Below, in pieces: positions 1 to 13,209 of a stretch of DNA of 64,000 nt. Source of the stretch: Octopus sinensis (lineage: Eukaryota); the NCBI RefSeq assembly GCF_006345805.1, contig NW_021832271.1, positions 8,753 through 72,752 on the forward strand, read 5' to 3'. Position 1 is the first letter of the stretch, and every line of letters begins with the position of its first letter. Below the pieces are notes generated by a model, which was not told the origin of the DNA, did no database searches, and was given only the letters and a program-made list of their open reading frames with translations. The translations under genes were made by a program, and so were the position numbers.

Positions 1-812
1 CTATCATTTGTCGGCTGTGTTTCCGATAAAAGATTGCTGTTTACAGTTTTTAGTGGAGCGAGTTTGTTTCCTTATGTTGTATATTATTATCTTTCGCAAT
101 CGATATGAATTCTGTTGCGTGAATAAACCATTCTACAGTTGCAAGGAAAGCAAATATTCTTTCACTTTCGCTTTTGTTTCCACTCTTCGCCGAAAACAGA
201 GTCCCGGATTATATAGCTTACAGCAACCTCCGTTCACGTCTTCATTAAATGACCTTATGATGAATAACTGCACGTCACAACACCATTCGCTGAGTGGAGT
301 TTATTGGGCTACTTATGTCAATATATGTGATTGCCACTTCAAGCAGGATAATAACAATCCCTATATCAATCAATACCCAGCGCCCTTTCCCGTCTTCTTA
401 AATTAACATCGTGATGGACGTTTAACTTTAGATTGCTACTGTTGCTCGTCCTTGTCGAGTGGAATTGCCGTCAGAATGATAGAACTAATTGTAACCATTG
501 CTGTCCAGTCAAACATTTGTCAATAGTATCGTGGCACGGCTGTCTTTTTAAATCAACGCTGAGCTGTATTACTATGTAATTAAACACTCGGCAATAATAT
601 ATTGTTTCTGTTACATTTAACGTTGCAATATAGACAGACATTCGTATATTTTGAAACGGAATTAAACAATCGTCTGTGTAGGAAATAACGTTTGTTATTT
701 TACTGTTTGTTACTTCAAAGGCGGACAAAAACAAACAAAAATTGGATGAAAATGAAAATCTCTCTCACAGCCTTCATGTCGGTCAGCTGGGAATTGAGAT
801 TGTTATGTTATA

Positions 813-1210
813 CTAGCAGTATCGCCCGGCGTTGCTCGGGTTTGTAAGGGAAATAACTATAAAGCATTTTTAGAGAGTTATAGCCCAAAAATAGCAAAAA
901 ATGCATTAAAAATAGAAAAAAAATGATGGTAAATATTTTTTTTTTCAAATCGTTGGCTCATCGTAGACATTTTTAGAGAGTTACTTCCCTTATATAATAG
1001 CGAAAGAAATGCATTAAAATGGGAAAAAATGATGGTAAATTATTTTAAAAATCGTAGACTCATAGACGCGCGCTAATACCCAGAAGGGCTCGATATGAAT
1101 CACGACTATAAGATACCCGGTTTTGGTTAAACTGCACCGCAAAATGTGGGAGTAGTTAGGAATCTAAATCGTAGGAGACAGACACACAACTTCACTTTTA
1201 TATATAAAGA
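813..1210 (-). mobile_element. Non-autonomous Helitron, copy 1
   Basis: Minus strand reads A|TCTTTATATATAAAAG ... CCCGAGCAACGCCGGGCGATACTGCTAG|T: 5' TC, subterminal GC-rich hairpin, 3' CTAG, inserted between A and T with no TSD. Homologous to 3733-4132 and 42147-42658. Confidence 0.85.
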
Positions 1211-1869
1211 TATTCTGTATCGACTGTTTTAAAGATGGGCGTTTGGTTGTTGCACTAAGTGGATTCCTGAGTATGAAATTTACGTTTTATCCAACTGATT
1301 CTATGAAGCAAGACTGTGGAACTTCGAAATGGATACTCACGGAGAAACAGAGGAAGAAAGAGAGTGAGAGAGAAAGAGAAAGAGAAAGAGAAACGGAGAG
1401 TGAGAAAAATATGTAATTGTGTAGGTATATTTAGATATATATATATATATGGCGTTTATATGTATTCGGAGATGAGTTGTAGTTTCGATGTGTCTGCTTG
1501 TATGGTGTTACACATGGGTCCCTTATATATCAGAGAAAAACCCAATAAATTATTTAATTAACACTTTAATAATTTTTTTTACATCACTTTTCTTCTCAAT
1601 CTTAACCTCAATCACTGACTGTGTATACGTGTGTGCATATATGTGTGTGCGTGTATATGTGCAATTGTGTGTGTGTGAGTGTGTGCATTTATGTATTTAT
1701 GTGGTTGTGTTCCCTTGTGCTTATGAAAGTATATTCTTTCAGCATACGTTGAAAGAATATGCTTACATCAAGGTATTTCTCTCACAGACAGGTTTTCGAA
1801 TAATTAAATTTGCGTTAGTCTTTTTCAGTGATGTGTAACATACATAATTACGTACTTGCATCCATCCAT

Positions 1870-2303
<434 letters not shown>

Positions 2304-2320
2304 TATGTATATATATATGA

Positions 2321-2381
<61 letters not shown>

Positions 2382-3062
2382 TATGTGCGTATGTGTGGAT
2401 GGATGTGTATATAAAGAAATATGTATGAGATGTCTACACGTTTTTGGATGTAGGTATGCGTGTAACGCAAGAACGTATGTGTATATGCTTAAAGAGATAT
2501 ACAAACCGTATGCATACACCCACACACACACACACACACACTGACACACACAAACACACACATTTGTATGTATATAATTTCACGAAGAGAAATGAAGAAT
2601 GGAAAGCCAAATTTTTCATCTGCAGATGAACGCATCTAAATATAATACAACCTTGATGACATCATCTCAGTAGAAACTGTACTAGCTTTAAACCAGTTAT
2701 TGTTGATTGTTCAAATCATAAACGTAGGTTTTATTTGTTATTTTAATTTTTTTGGTTGCTGTGTTCTAGTGTTATGAAATGTTGCACAATAAGAAGACAA
2801 AACAAGCTGTTCGTATAGCAATTGTTAGCGACAACAGATCTATCGATTTTGTCAACGGATTTACCAATGTCGGAATTCTTTTACTTGCTAAAAAGAATAA
2901 AAAAAAAATTGCACTTACTAACATAGATAATAAATTTTATTAGATGTCACATACTCACTGAATGAATACGATTTCATTCACAACGTTCTTACAAATCAAT
3001 TTACACGCGTGCGTGTATATGCATATGTATATGTTTATGTATATGTATATGTATATGTATAT

Positions 3063-3120
<58 letters not shown>

Positions 3121-3122
3121 GT

Positions 3123-3161
<39 letters not shown>

Positions 3162-3309
3162 CATACATCTATCTATATAAAGACATACACATGTATATAG
3201 TATATAAAACTGTGTGTATGCTATTATTATATATACATATAAGCATATATATGTATGTATTTACACACACATATATCTATGAATGTATATATATGGAGTC
3301 ATTTTTGTA

Positions 3310-3712
3310 TGCAGGTATGGCTGCGTGGCTGAGAAGGTGTATTTGCAGCCATGTGATTCCATGTTCAATCCCTCTAAGCAGCAATTTGAGCAAGTACCTT
3401 CTAAAATATAACCGTAGACAGTGAATACCGTGTTAGTGGGATTCGTGGAGGGAAAATGTGCGGAAGCACGTCCTAAATTCACAAACACATACAGACGAAA
3501 ACACGCATACGTCCTTTAGTATACATGTGTGTGTTTAAGTTTGTCACCCTCTGCCTGTTGACAACATGCGTTGCTTGGTTTGCGTCCACATACCATAGAA
3601 TGTGTAGCAGGCTTTACAATAAGTATTGGAGTCGATATTCTTTTCGATTCAGTATTTCACAGTGGCATTTCAGAGTGACCGCAGCTTGATAACTGGAACA
3701 AGTAAAACATGA
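3310..3712 (+). mobile_element. SINE family A, highly diverged copy
   Basis: GCAGGTATGGCTGCGTGG head, TTGAGCAAGT core and ACTGGAACAAGTAAAA tail, colinear with the other copies. Confidence 0.6.
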
Positions 3713-3732
3713 ATGATACCATGGTATAAATA

Positions 3733-4132
3733 TCTTTATATATAAAAGTGAAGTTGTGTGAGTGTCTGTCTCCTATGATTTAGATTCCTAACTACTCCCA
3801 CATTTTGCGGTGCAGTTTAACCAAAACCGGGTATCTTATAGTCGTGATTCATATCGAGCCCTTCTGGGTATTAGCGCGCGTCTACGATGAGTCTAAGATT
3901 AAAAAAAAAATTACCATAATTTTTTCCATTTTAATGCATGTTTTCGCTATTATATAAGGGAAGTAACTCTCTAAAAATGTCTACGATGAGTCAACGATTT
4001 AAAAAAAATTTACCATAAATTTTTTCCCATTTTTAATGCATTTTTTTTCTATTTTTTTGGCTATAACGCTCTAAAAATGCTTATACAGTTATTTCCCTTA
4101 CAAACCCGTGCAACGCCGGGCGATACTGCTAG
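3733..4132 (+). mobile_element. Non-autonomous Helitron, copy 2
   Basis: A|TCTTTATATATAAAAG start; CCCGTGCAACGCCGGGCGATACTGCTAG|T end; near-identical to the reverse complement of 813-1210. Confidence 0.87.
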
Positions 4133-5334
4133 TATATAATAAAAAAAAAACACATTGTATACAGTACATAACCAGCGAGTGAAAAGTGCGTAAACACACG
4201 AGAGATAAAGTACAGGACAAAGTACCAAACGAAGATAAATCCTCATCAGTTGTCGGACTGTTTATCACTCCGATTTCGTGCTTTTAACAACAATATAGGG
4301 AAACTTCATAAGACAGCGGCATCCAGAAAATTTTAAAATATAAAATTCATGGAGTGTTTGAGCTTCGAACGAACAAACAACGACAAAGTGGACGGAGGGA
4401 GAGTAAACAATCAATGAAAGGCTAAGAGGAATTGTAATAGGTAACGCCTGGGAGAAATTTATTCAAGTAAATAGATTAATTAAAAGAGAAGAAAGTGGTA
4501 GAATAGAATAATTATAAAACAAGAAATTAGTAGAAGAAAAATATCGAGACCCGAGGGGAAAAATAACATCTAGCCTGGGAACGTCTAGTCGAGAAAAGAC
4601 ACGGGCAAGAGAAAGGACCTGTAGTCACTCAGGCGTGAATAATAGAGGCAGAGGACAAGAGAGAGGATGAGGGAAAGAAACAGAAAGAGTGAGAAGAGAG
4701 AAAGAACGACAGATAACCAGGGAGTGGAAGAAAGATAGATAGGGGAAGCAAAGAAGTTTATATTGGGATAAAGAGAAAGAAAGAAAACAGTGTGTAGTCG
4801 CAGAAAATAGATATAGATGTAAGAACTTACTATGGTCAAGGCTCTGTAGCTTCGATTATAAATGAATAAGATAAAAGATAAACGTTGTATACAGGACATC
4901 ACTGACGAGCGCAAAATACGTAAACACACAAGCGATAAGTACAGGAGAAAATACCTACACACACACCACAACACACACAAGGGAATGGAGCTGGTAAAAT
5001 CAAGGCTACATATGTTTCCGTACTAGCAGAACCTTGCAAGTGACAATTACTCAGTGAGGGGTATTTCACTAGCTACTCATCAGGCCGAAGATACCTGAGT
5101 TAACCTGCTCCATTTGCTCAATTTGGATTTTCATTCGCATTTATAGCTACTCTAGATGATAACTCTGAACTATAAAAAGTTTTTCCAGCTAATCGAACAT
5201 CGATATGGGAAAAACTTACAACCTTCTACGTCAATAAACCATTATTGTTCCTGAAAATTTTTTCCTGCCTACTGTACACTGCTCGAAGATCACTAATGTC
5301 CTACACCTAGATGCCAGGATCTAAAATTTCATTT

Positions 5335-5720
5335 TATATATTGTGAAACGTAGAGGTGTAATGTTCTACAGGGATTCCACAGATGAACTTGTCAGGCATG
5401 CAAGTATTGCAACAAGGTCCGGGCGAAAGTGCGTAGCTAGCACCACAGTGGCACAGGCTGAAAGAATGCTTGAATTATGCGACATTATAAGGATTTACAT
5501 GCAGAGGTCGGCAAGGTTTGGGTTCTCATTTCCAACAACGGAGGCAGGCGGACAGCAAGGAGCGGAAAACCATGATCCAGTCAGAAATGCGGACCCAGGA
5601 GAAGGAGGAGGAAAGAATAAGATCAGGGTGCCTGGAATAAATGGGACCTCTATAGAGATATCTGTGGGGATAACCTTAAAATGTGCAGTGTTTCGCTGAT
5701 TCTTTACTCTAAAGTTCACT
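5335..5720 (+). mobile_element. Hero-like (RLE-type) non-LTR retrotransposon fragment, post-RT region
   Basis: Translation RDSTDELVRHASIATRSGRKCVASTTVAQAERMLELCDII, then after a frameshift GFTCRGRQGLGSHFQQ...KERKTMIQSE, matches the recalled Hero motif RDS.D..VR......RTGRKW.A..AV.QAE..L....I.G....GR.GLG. Stops and frameshift present. Confidence 0.65.
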
Positions 5721-6849
5721 GAAAGCTTAAAGGTTACATTGTTTTTGTGGGATTAAATCTCTTGGTAAATTTTGGACGGGTTTTCAAGTCATTGTCTCCG
5801 GTGCGATTTGAAACCAGAACATGAAGATATGAAATACCTAACTGCGGCAGATAATTTATTGTTTTGCCATGCTTCTCCGCTTTTTTCCATCTCTCTTCCT
5901 ACTCACTAATATTATATACATGTGACTGATAGATATGTACATATATGCATATCATATATATATATATTTACACAATTAAATGTATATGTGTGTGTGTGTG
6001 TATATATTATGTGCATATATCTGTCCATGTATGCTCTGCACACAGCTCAAATAACGTTTTTCGTCTCGTATTAACATCTTAATCAATATTTTTTTTCTAC
6101 ACGGAAAGAAAATGTGATTGGAATTTACTTTCAATATTGGTCTTTTTTTTTTCGACTGGAAATTTGTAATTGATACTTATATTTTCGGAAAACGAATATC
6201 ACGTGCAAAATATCTGAAAGTAGAATCCGAACTATTTCCTAATTTAAGTTAAGAAAAACTCATAAAATTTATTATTAAGTCAATTTTAAATGTATTTTTT
6301 TTCCTTCTGAAATTTTGATTCTAGTTTCAAATAAAACATCACTATGTAAAGTTACTTTTTTTCATAAATTATTTTTTTTTATTTTAAAGCAGTTCTCAAC
6401 CCCTTCATGGTTATTTGAAAAACATGATGCTTTTCAGTATCACAAATTTTATTCTTTGGTAGAAACATGCGTGAAAATATAGTATAAATATGTTCCAATG
6501 AGGAATGCAGTTCATCGGAATGTAGGATAATTCTGTAGTATATAAATTCTGGAGTATATAATAACTAATATATTTATTATTGTGTTTGCAAAGGGATGTC
6601 CTCTTCTCAAAGCTCGTACGCTGTTGGTGAATTTTGTTACTTTCAAAGAAGTCGTTCTGTATTTTATTGTTATCATTTTAAGAGGATTATCAGCATCCAG
6701 GGAGGCTGGTTGAATAAGCTAACACTTCAAACTTTCAGGACAAAATTTGTTTTAATTTCAAATGAAATCTCCACATTTGTTAAATACTCAATGGAGCAAA
6801 ATCAGATATAAATTCGAAGTCATTTAGACACCGAATTCCAAACTTTACA

Positions 6850-7450
6850 AAAACGCGCCACAATTTTCTGCAGGAAAAGCATCATCCAGCCTATAATCAT
6901 ATTTCCCACCGATTCATTAACACTCGTCAGTTTTAATTCACACACTGGTTGTTTTCTCAAAATAGCTGATTATCTTCTTATTGACTCCGCGTGCACACTA
7001 GGCACACCAGGAACCAATTGTGTGGGACATTGTCGTAAGCCTTACTGTAATCGCTGTATCCAAATCCTAAATTCCTTTTTCATACTCATACCATCTTAAG
7101 TGCTCTAATTATATACAGCACACCAGCAACTCCCATTTTAATAGGTCTAGGCTTACTGATTCCCTCTGTTTCTATTGTTTTGCTCTTCTGTATCAGCCCT
7201 GTCCTTCATTTTATCATCCAAGCTACAATTTTTTCGATGCAGTCTATAAGAAACGGTTGTATACAGCAGGGTATATTTGACAGATTTTTTGCCTGACTAA
7301 ACTTTTCCTCTTTCCATGCTGTTTCTTTTTCGAGTTCTTTCCTCGTTATTATTTCTTCTATGATTCTTCTTCTTCTAGTTCTTTTTTGTTGTTAGGAATG
7401 TGCAAAATCTTTCCAGTATTGCATTACGTCAGTTTCTTTTTTGTTTGAGG
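6850..7450 (-). mobile_element. R4/Dong-like reverse transcriptase fragment (degenerate)
   Basis: Minus translation gives VMQYWKDF ... KNLSNIP ... AWMIK*RTGLIQK ... KPRPI ... KRNLGFGYSDYSKAYDNVPHNW, matching R4/Dong RT motifs (W...GRTVLI.K, RPI, KRNL..AWIDY.KAYD.VPH.W). Confidence 0.7.
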
Positions 7451-7459
7451 TGTGGTGCA

Positions 7460-7900
7460 GTCTTTTATTGTATTAGTTTTCTGTGTTGTGTGTGCTTGCG
7501 TTGTGTTGTGTATAATGTGTTGGGTTTCCGGTCTGCTGGTGCTATTTTATTTCATTAGATAGGTGCTGTATAAAGTGTCTTGTGTTGGGAGATATTTCTT
7601 TTTTATGTGTTGTTATTGAATTGATAGTGTCTTGCGTAGAATGTGGGCTGTTCCTAGCAGGACTATTTTTTTAGATAATGTGTAGTGTTGCGGATCCAGT
7701 CATAGCTTCTACATTTTTGTTCATAGTTTTTTTTTTATCATGCCTAATGTTCCAATTATTATTGGTATTGTTTTCATTTTCATGCCCCATATCTGAAGTA
7801 CTTCAATTCCGAGGTCTTTGCACTTCGATAATTTTTCCCCTCCTTTGGGGATAATATTTTGGTCAGAAGAGACCGCAATGTCTATCAGTGAACAGGTGTT
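7460..7900 (-). mobile_element. R4/Dong-like 3' end: restriction-like endonuclease C-terminus plus 3' UTR
   Basis: NTCSLIDIAVSSDQNIIPKGGEKLSKCKDLGIEVLQIWGMKMKTIPIIIGTLGMIKK ... KKIVLLGTAHILRKTLSIQ* (stop at 7613-7615) is the typical RLE C-terminus; the 5' side abuts (ATT)n. Confidence 0.82.
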
Positions 7901-7911
7901 TATTATTATTA

Positions 7912-7985
<74 letters not shown>

Positions 7986-8020
7986 GTTGTTGTTGTTGTT
8001 AATATTATTATTATTATCAT
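7900..8020. repeat. (ATT)n/(GTT)n trinucleotide microsatellite
   Basis: Directly visible. Confidence 0.97.
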
Positions 8021-8294
8021 TGCCTTCATTATTACTTCCTTGACCTTAATATATATATATATATGTGTAGAGGGGGAGAGAGAGTGTGTGTAGTGGTACG
8101 ACAAGGCACCAATGTTTACTGGAAATTGAAGTCGATACATTTACGACGCTATGGTACAGCTTCAACGTGTATATACTGGCAAAGACGTGTGAGGGCAACA
8201 CGCATAAAAAAATTGTCTTACCTTCTAGGAATAACATTATATAAATAACATCATATAAATAACATTAGATAAATGGCCAACCCAGAATCGGATA

Positions 8295-8377
8295 ATCCAG
8301 TACCTAAGTTTCGGACTCGTCAAATATGTTTGTAAACGTAAAATTGATCCGTCTTCATCAGCTCGATTTACCTGGAC
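8295..8377 (-). ncRNA. Candidate type I hammerhead ribozyme with intact core
   Basis: Minus strand: GTCCAG-GTAAATCGAG-CTGATGA-A-GAC...GTCC-GAAAC-TTAG-GTA|CTGGAT. Core CUGAUGA, GAAA and GUA in the correct order; 2-bp helix III; GAC/GUC in helix II; GUCCAG/CUGGAU available for helix I. Folded by eye only. Confidence 0.45.
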
Positions 8378-9852
8378 AATATTTCAAATGTTGCTACATC
8401 AATGCCAGTATACTCGCCTGAACGCTTAGCCGTCAACTGACCGATAACAGTGAAAAGAATTTCAATGAAAAGTAAAATTTTGCAATATAAATGTATTACT
8501 TTCCAGTAAAATAAAGCACCGTAAAGGTAGAAGTATAAATATAGACTAGTGGTACGACAAAGCACTAACGTTTACTGGAAATAGCAGTCGATACATTTCC
8601 GACGCTATAGTAAACCATCAGTGTGTATAAATAGATCATATAAATCTAACTACAATGTATAAACGGTATGAACACATAAATAATTCTCACTAAATCCTAT
8701 TGATGAAGTTCCCATCTTTGTTTTCTTGTATACACATTGAGAAGCTGTGACGTAGTCGACTGTTAACGATTAAAATCAATAACTAGCATTCACTTAATAG
8801 ATTTATGTTCGAAATAATCACTGGCAACAAGATATAAGGATGAAAGGCTAGGAAAAGTTTGCAAGATTGAAAGACTTGTATGAGAATTAAGAATAGTAAT
8901 TTTGGTAGTTTCGTTACTACGCCTAATAAATAGATATATTATATTCGGCGAGAAATATACATTACAAATCTCTGGCTGGTTTTGACAAGTAATACTAAAT
9001 CTTGTTTCGGCATGAAAGGAAATTGACTTAGCCACAGTGACATTGATATAAAGTTCAAATAACTTAGTTATATTTTCAATGATAAAGTGTGATCTGGAAT
9101 TACGTTAACATGAGAGAAGATAGGAGTTTGATGTTTAAATGTGGAGGGATATTGATAAGCTTCTAAGATAATTGCTGCCAGATTTGAGAAGTTGTAATCA
9201 GTTCTGTAACACTCAGTAATGAAATTAATATGATTAATATGATGGAATATGGTCACATTGAGTAAGCTATCCGATTTTGCATCGTTGTGTTCGATAAGAA
9301 TCTACCAGCGGTAATTCTTTATTTGAATTTGGCATTAATTCAATTTGCGTAACGAAAATTAAATATTGTACAACATCTGTATACACAGCGCATAACAATT
9401 TGGTTTGATATTTAAGAATTAATTTTTATCAGAGAATTATGAATTTAGCTTATCGCAGATTAGCATGAGTAGATGAATTTCCCCCGTCCAAGAAATTTCA
9501 AACACACAAACACAAGCGTTCACACACATACACAGACATACATGTACACACATATGCATACATACACGACCCCTTTATCTTTCAATATTCACATTTACAT
9601 AAATGAAGTTTATGATGGCTGCAACTTGATTTCGAGTAATGCCATGGACCGGTTTGTCTTAAAGCAGCACGGAAATGGCTTTATGGTTTTGATAATGACA
9701 TAAATTTCTTGCACTGATGTAGCTTCTTGTTGCAGGACTTCATATAGATTTCTAGCCACGTCGATACATACATTTATTCCATCGTGGAACTTTTCATTGA
9801 GTCTTTCCCCTTTCTCAGCTTCAACCAGCCATAGCGTGCAGCACATAATACC

Positions 9853-10096
9853 TATTTCTTTACTACCCACAAGGGGCTAAACACACAGAGAGGACAAACA
9901 AGGACAGACACACGGATTAAGTCGATTACATCGACCCCAGTGCGTAACTGATACTTAATTTATCGACCCCGAAAGGATTAAAGGCAAAGTCGACCTCGGC
10001 GGAATTTGAACTCAGAACGTAGCGGCAGACGGAATACCCCTAAGTATTTCATCCGGCGTGCTAACGTTTCTGCCAGCTCGCCGCCTTTCGCCGCCT
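9853..10096 (-). mobile_element. SINE family B (tRNA-derived head, GGTCGACTTTGCCTTTCATCCTTTCGGGGTCGATAAA core), full length
   Basis: Head GGCGAGCTGGCAGAAACGTTAG and B-box-like GAGTTCAAATTCC; possible TSD ATAATACC at 9845-9852 and 10097-10104; several homologues in the window. Confidence 0.88.
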
Positions 10097-10249
10097 ATAA
10101 TACCGAGTATTGCCTGAGCCTCAAATATTTTTTAAAAATGAAGTAAGGCGTTGTAAAATGTCAATCCCATAATTTAAACAATGTGTACATTTGTATATAT
10201 TTGCCCTATATTAAGAAATACTCAACATGTGTAAATGATTTGATGAAAA

Positions 10250-11950
10250 AAAATTGCAGATGTTTCCTTCTCCAGACCAGATACCTATACAAAGACTGGG
10301 GCGCTTCTCTTGACATCGTCACAGGTTATGTGGCCCTTCCATTTAATGTATGTTGATATGGAGCGGAACATTTGTGGATTAGAAAACTCCAGTTTTTATT
10401 TTTGAGTTCCAGCGATAAAATATCCCTGTTTCACAACCGTATAAAAATAGAAATTCGGCTTCGTTTTTATGATTAATTTTATTTTTTTGTTTTTAAAGAT
10501 TCGTTTTAGCAAATGCTCAACTAGTTCGAGAAATATATTAGAGAAAGTAATATCGAAATGAGGGACAGTAGTTCCGGATGAAGTTGAACTAGGATAGTAG
10601 TCTTGAAATTCAATGTGGAGTCGAAACGATAATTCATTCTGTTGCGATGAAGTTGTTGACAAATTTCAGTTTTTAATATTGTGTGACAGAGAGTCGCGTT
10701 ATCAAAGTTCTGATATTCGTTGCATGATGATAATTTGATGGCGATTTTAAATAATCCGCCATAAAAACGGCATTTGAGGTCAACTCCTATATTGTCTGGT
10801 GAAAATTTGAAAAGCATCGCAAACAAGTGTAAAGAGAAGAACGTAAGTTCAATCGATATGGAACCCGAAAACTGTTCAGAAATTTTATTTTAACGAAAAG
10901 CGTAACCCGACATGCTCCCGATCAGTTCTTGATCCTGTGAGGTGAAGTCGGGAGAGTAATCAAAACGTTGAGAAATTCCAAATGATGTCTCTTGCTTTAC
11001 TAAACAACAGACATTTCCATTTTGTAGAATGGATTCTGTCGTAGAGAAAATCATGTCGATTGCATCACAGAAGCAGGGAATTCTCATTGAGTCAGAAAGA
11101 ATGTCACTGCAATAATATGGAGATGGTTCATCAGGATTCATGCAATTTTTTTCCTTCGATGCACGGAAAAGATATTTTAATTTTGGTAACAATTTCGATC
11201 TCATTTTTTGAAGATGATGGTAATAACTAAATTTTAAAGTTTATTTCGGACTTGGTATTCTTCCAATACTTTCAGGATCAGGGCTAGAGGCTTGATTTAG
11301 AGAGGCAGTCCCCACTGTTTCAATAATTCATTTGGGACATTGCTAAGTCCTGCGCGGATTTTCGTGGTTTAAATCTGTTAAATTCGAAATATCTCGAAAT
11401 CATTATTTGATATTAACCCATGAATGTTACTGGTAGAATTCGTTTGTTTCGAGGCGTGGAGCATAAGCTGAACGAATGTAATAAAGTTGTTTTCAGATAA
11501 TGGTACGAGAAGATAATTCATTCGTTGACCGTAGTATATTGGCAACCCATGAAGTTATCTGGCGGAATGACCTATAACACGCGGAATAAGACAGAACAAG
11601 TGAGGTAATGGAACTGCAACGGGCCACCGGCGACTCGGTTTCATCTTTAGAACCATTCGGTTTTCAGTCAGTGATTCTGGCATCGACCTGTTCTACCATT
11701 TCAACCGTTACTGAGATCGAACATTATCGTTTACTCTTACCGTTTTTCAGTCCTTGAAGGCTTGAAGCGAAGTGGTTGTTTAGTTCCGGTTCTCGTCTTC
11801 AACAATGAATCCAAAGTTTCCCTTACCAGAAGCAATAGATTTCTGATGACATCACTTTCAAAATCTCTGAACCAAGGAAACATTTCACCACGACATGAAC
11901 TATCGAATTTTGGAGAATACGTTTTGGTCAAATAAAGTTTATGTATCGCA
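10250..11950 (-). mobile_element. Degenerate RTE (BovB-like) LINE ORF2 fossil
   Basis: Colinear RTE motifs across frames: GLSNVPNELLKQWG (G.D.IP.E..K.GG), AIDMIFS, FFSLHLFAML..SPDNIGVDLKCRFYGGLF (LFS....AML....DIGI....R.DG.LF), LLKRIFKNKKIKLIIK, IKWKGHITCDDV. Many stops and frameshifts. Confidence 0.75.
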
Positions 11951-12099
11951 GAAGACATAAACCTCTACTGCTGCATAACATCATCAAAAATTCTACCAGT
12001 CTCTTCCGAGGTGAAACACTTAACTACGTTCATTCTTGTGTCCATATCAAGAAAGAAAATTATTATAAAGCAAATTATAATAGACACTCCATTCGTCAA

Positions 12100-12164
12100 A
12101 TATATATATATGCATATATATATATATATATTATATATATATATATATATAGATATATATATAC

Positions 12165-12201
<37 letters not shown>

Positions 12202-12271
12202 GTGTGTGTGTGTGTGTGTGCGTGTGTGTATATATTATATATATATGTGTATATATATATATATATATATG

Positions 12272-12313
<42 letters not shown>

Positions 12314-12401
12314 TGTATATATATTATATATATATATATATGTAATATACATATATATATATATAATATATATATAGTATATATATATCTATATATATAT
12401 A

Positions 12402-12433
<32 letters not shown>

Positions 12434-12465
12434 CTATTATATATATATATATGTATATATATACA
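12100..12465. repeat. (TA)n/(TG)n compound microsatellite
   Basis: Directly visible. Confidence 0.97.
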
Positions 12466-12874
12466 AGCACACAACAAAAACACACACACTCACACAAACA
12501 TCTATCTTGACAAATCTCGTTTAAAATATATGACAGCTTAATAGAATATTTCTTTTTTGGTCTCTACCTTGTATTCACCCGAGTGAATGATTAGATGTTG
12601 TAAATACATAATTTATTGTATGATTCTTTTTCTTTTTCTTATTTATTTAATGTCACATTATATTTTCTAATAACTTTTTTTTTTAAATCACGCAGCACCG
12701 ATAGAAGATATTGAGATTTCGGTGTATTTGTAAAACAGTGAAATTTAGAACGCGTATATCTTCCAAAGACCTTGATCTATATATCCCAAATAAGCACTAG
12801 ATAAATATGAAGCACTCATAGAAAAGCTTCGTTCTTGATATCCAGCCTGCATATGATTACTCTATAATCGTAAG

Positions 12875-13104
12875 ACCTATGTCTTTACTACCCACAAGGG
12901 GCTAAACACAGAGCGGACAAACAAGGACAGACATAGGTATTAAGTCGATTATATCGACCCCAGTGCGTAACTGGTACTTAATTTTTCAGCCCTGAAAGGA
13001 TGAAAGGCAAAGTCGACCTCCACCGAATTTGAACTCACAACGTAACGCAGATGAAATACCGCTAAGCATTTCGCCTGGCGTGCTAAAGTTTCTGCCAGCT
13101 CGCC
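12875..13104 (-). mobile_element. SINE family B, full length
   Basis: Colinear with 9853-10096. Confidence 0.88.
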
Positions 13105-13209
13105 TATAATGGTAAGACCGATTATCAAATCTGATTGTGTGCGAGAGTACGAACAGAGTTACAAATCTAAATCAGACAAAGATAATACAAGCGCACAGTA
13201 ATTAAGTGG

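Noticed and set aside
8-780. 132-aa and 87-aa ORFs at the window start
   Set aside because: Non-ATG starts, no recognisable domain, no clear splice signals.
8700-9260. Possible Penelope RT fragment (IPDHTL.. / LY.N) upstream of the ribozyme element
   Set aside because: Similarity too weak to call by eye; needs a frameshift-aware HMM search.
10521-11204. Long nearly open frame as a host gene
   Set aside because: Explained as part of the RTE fossil; contains stops and frameshifts.
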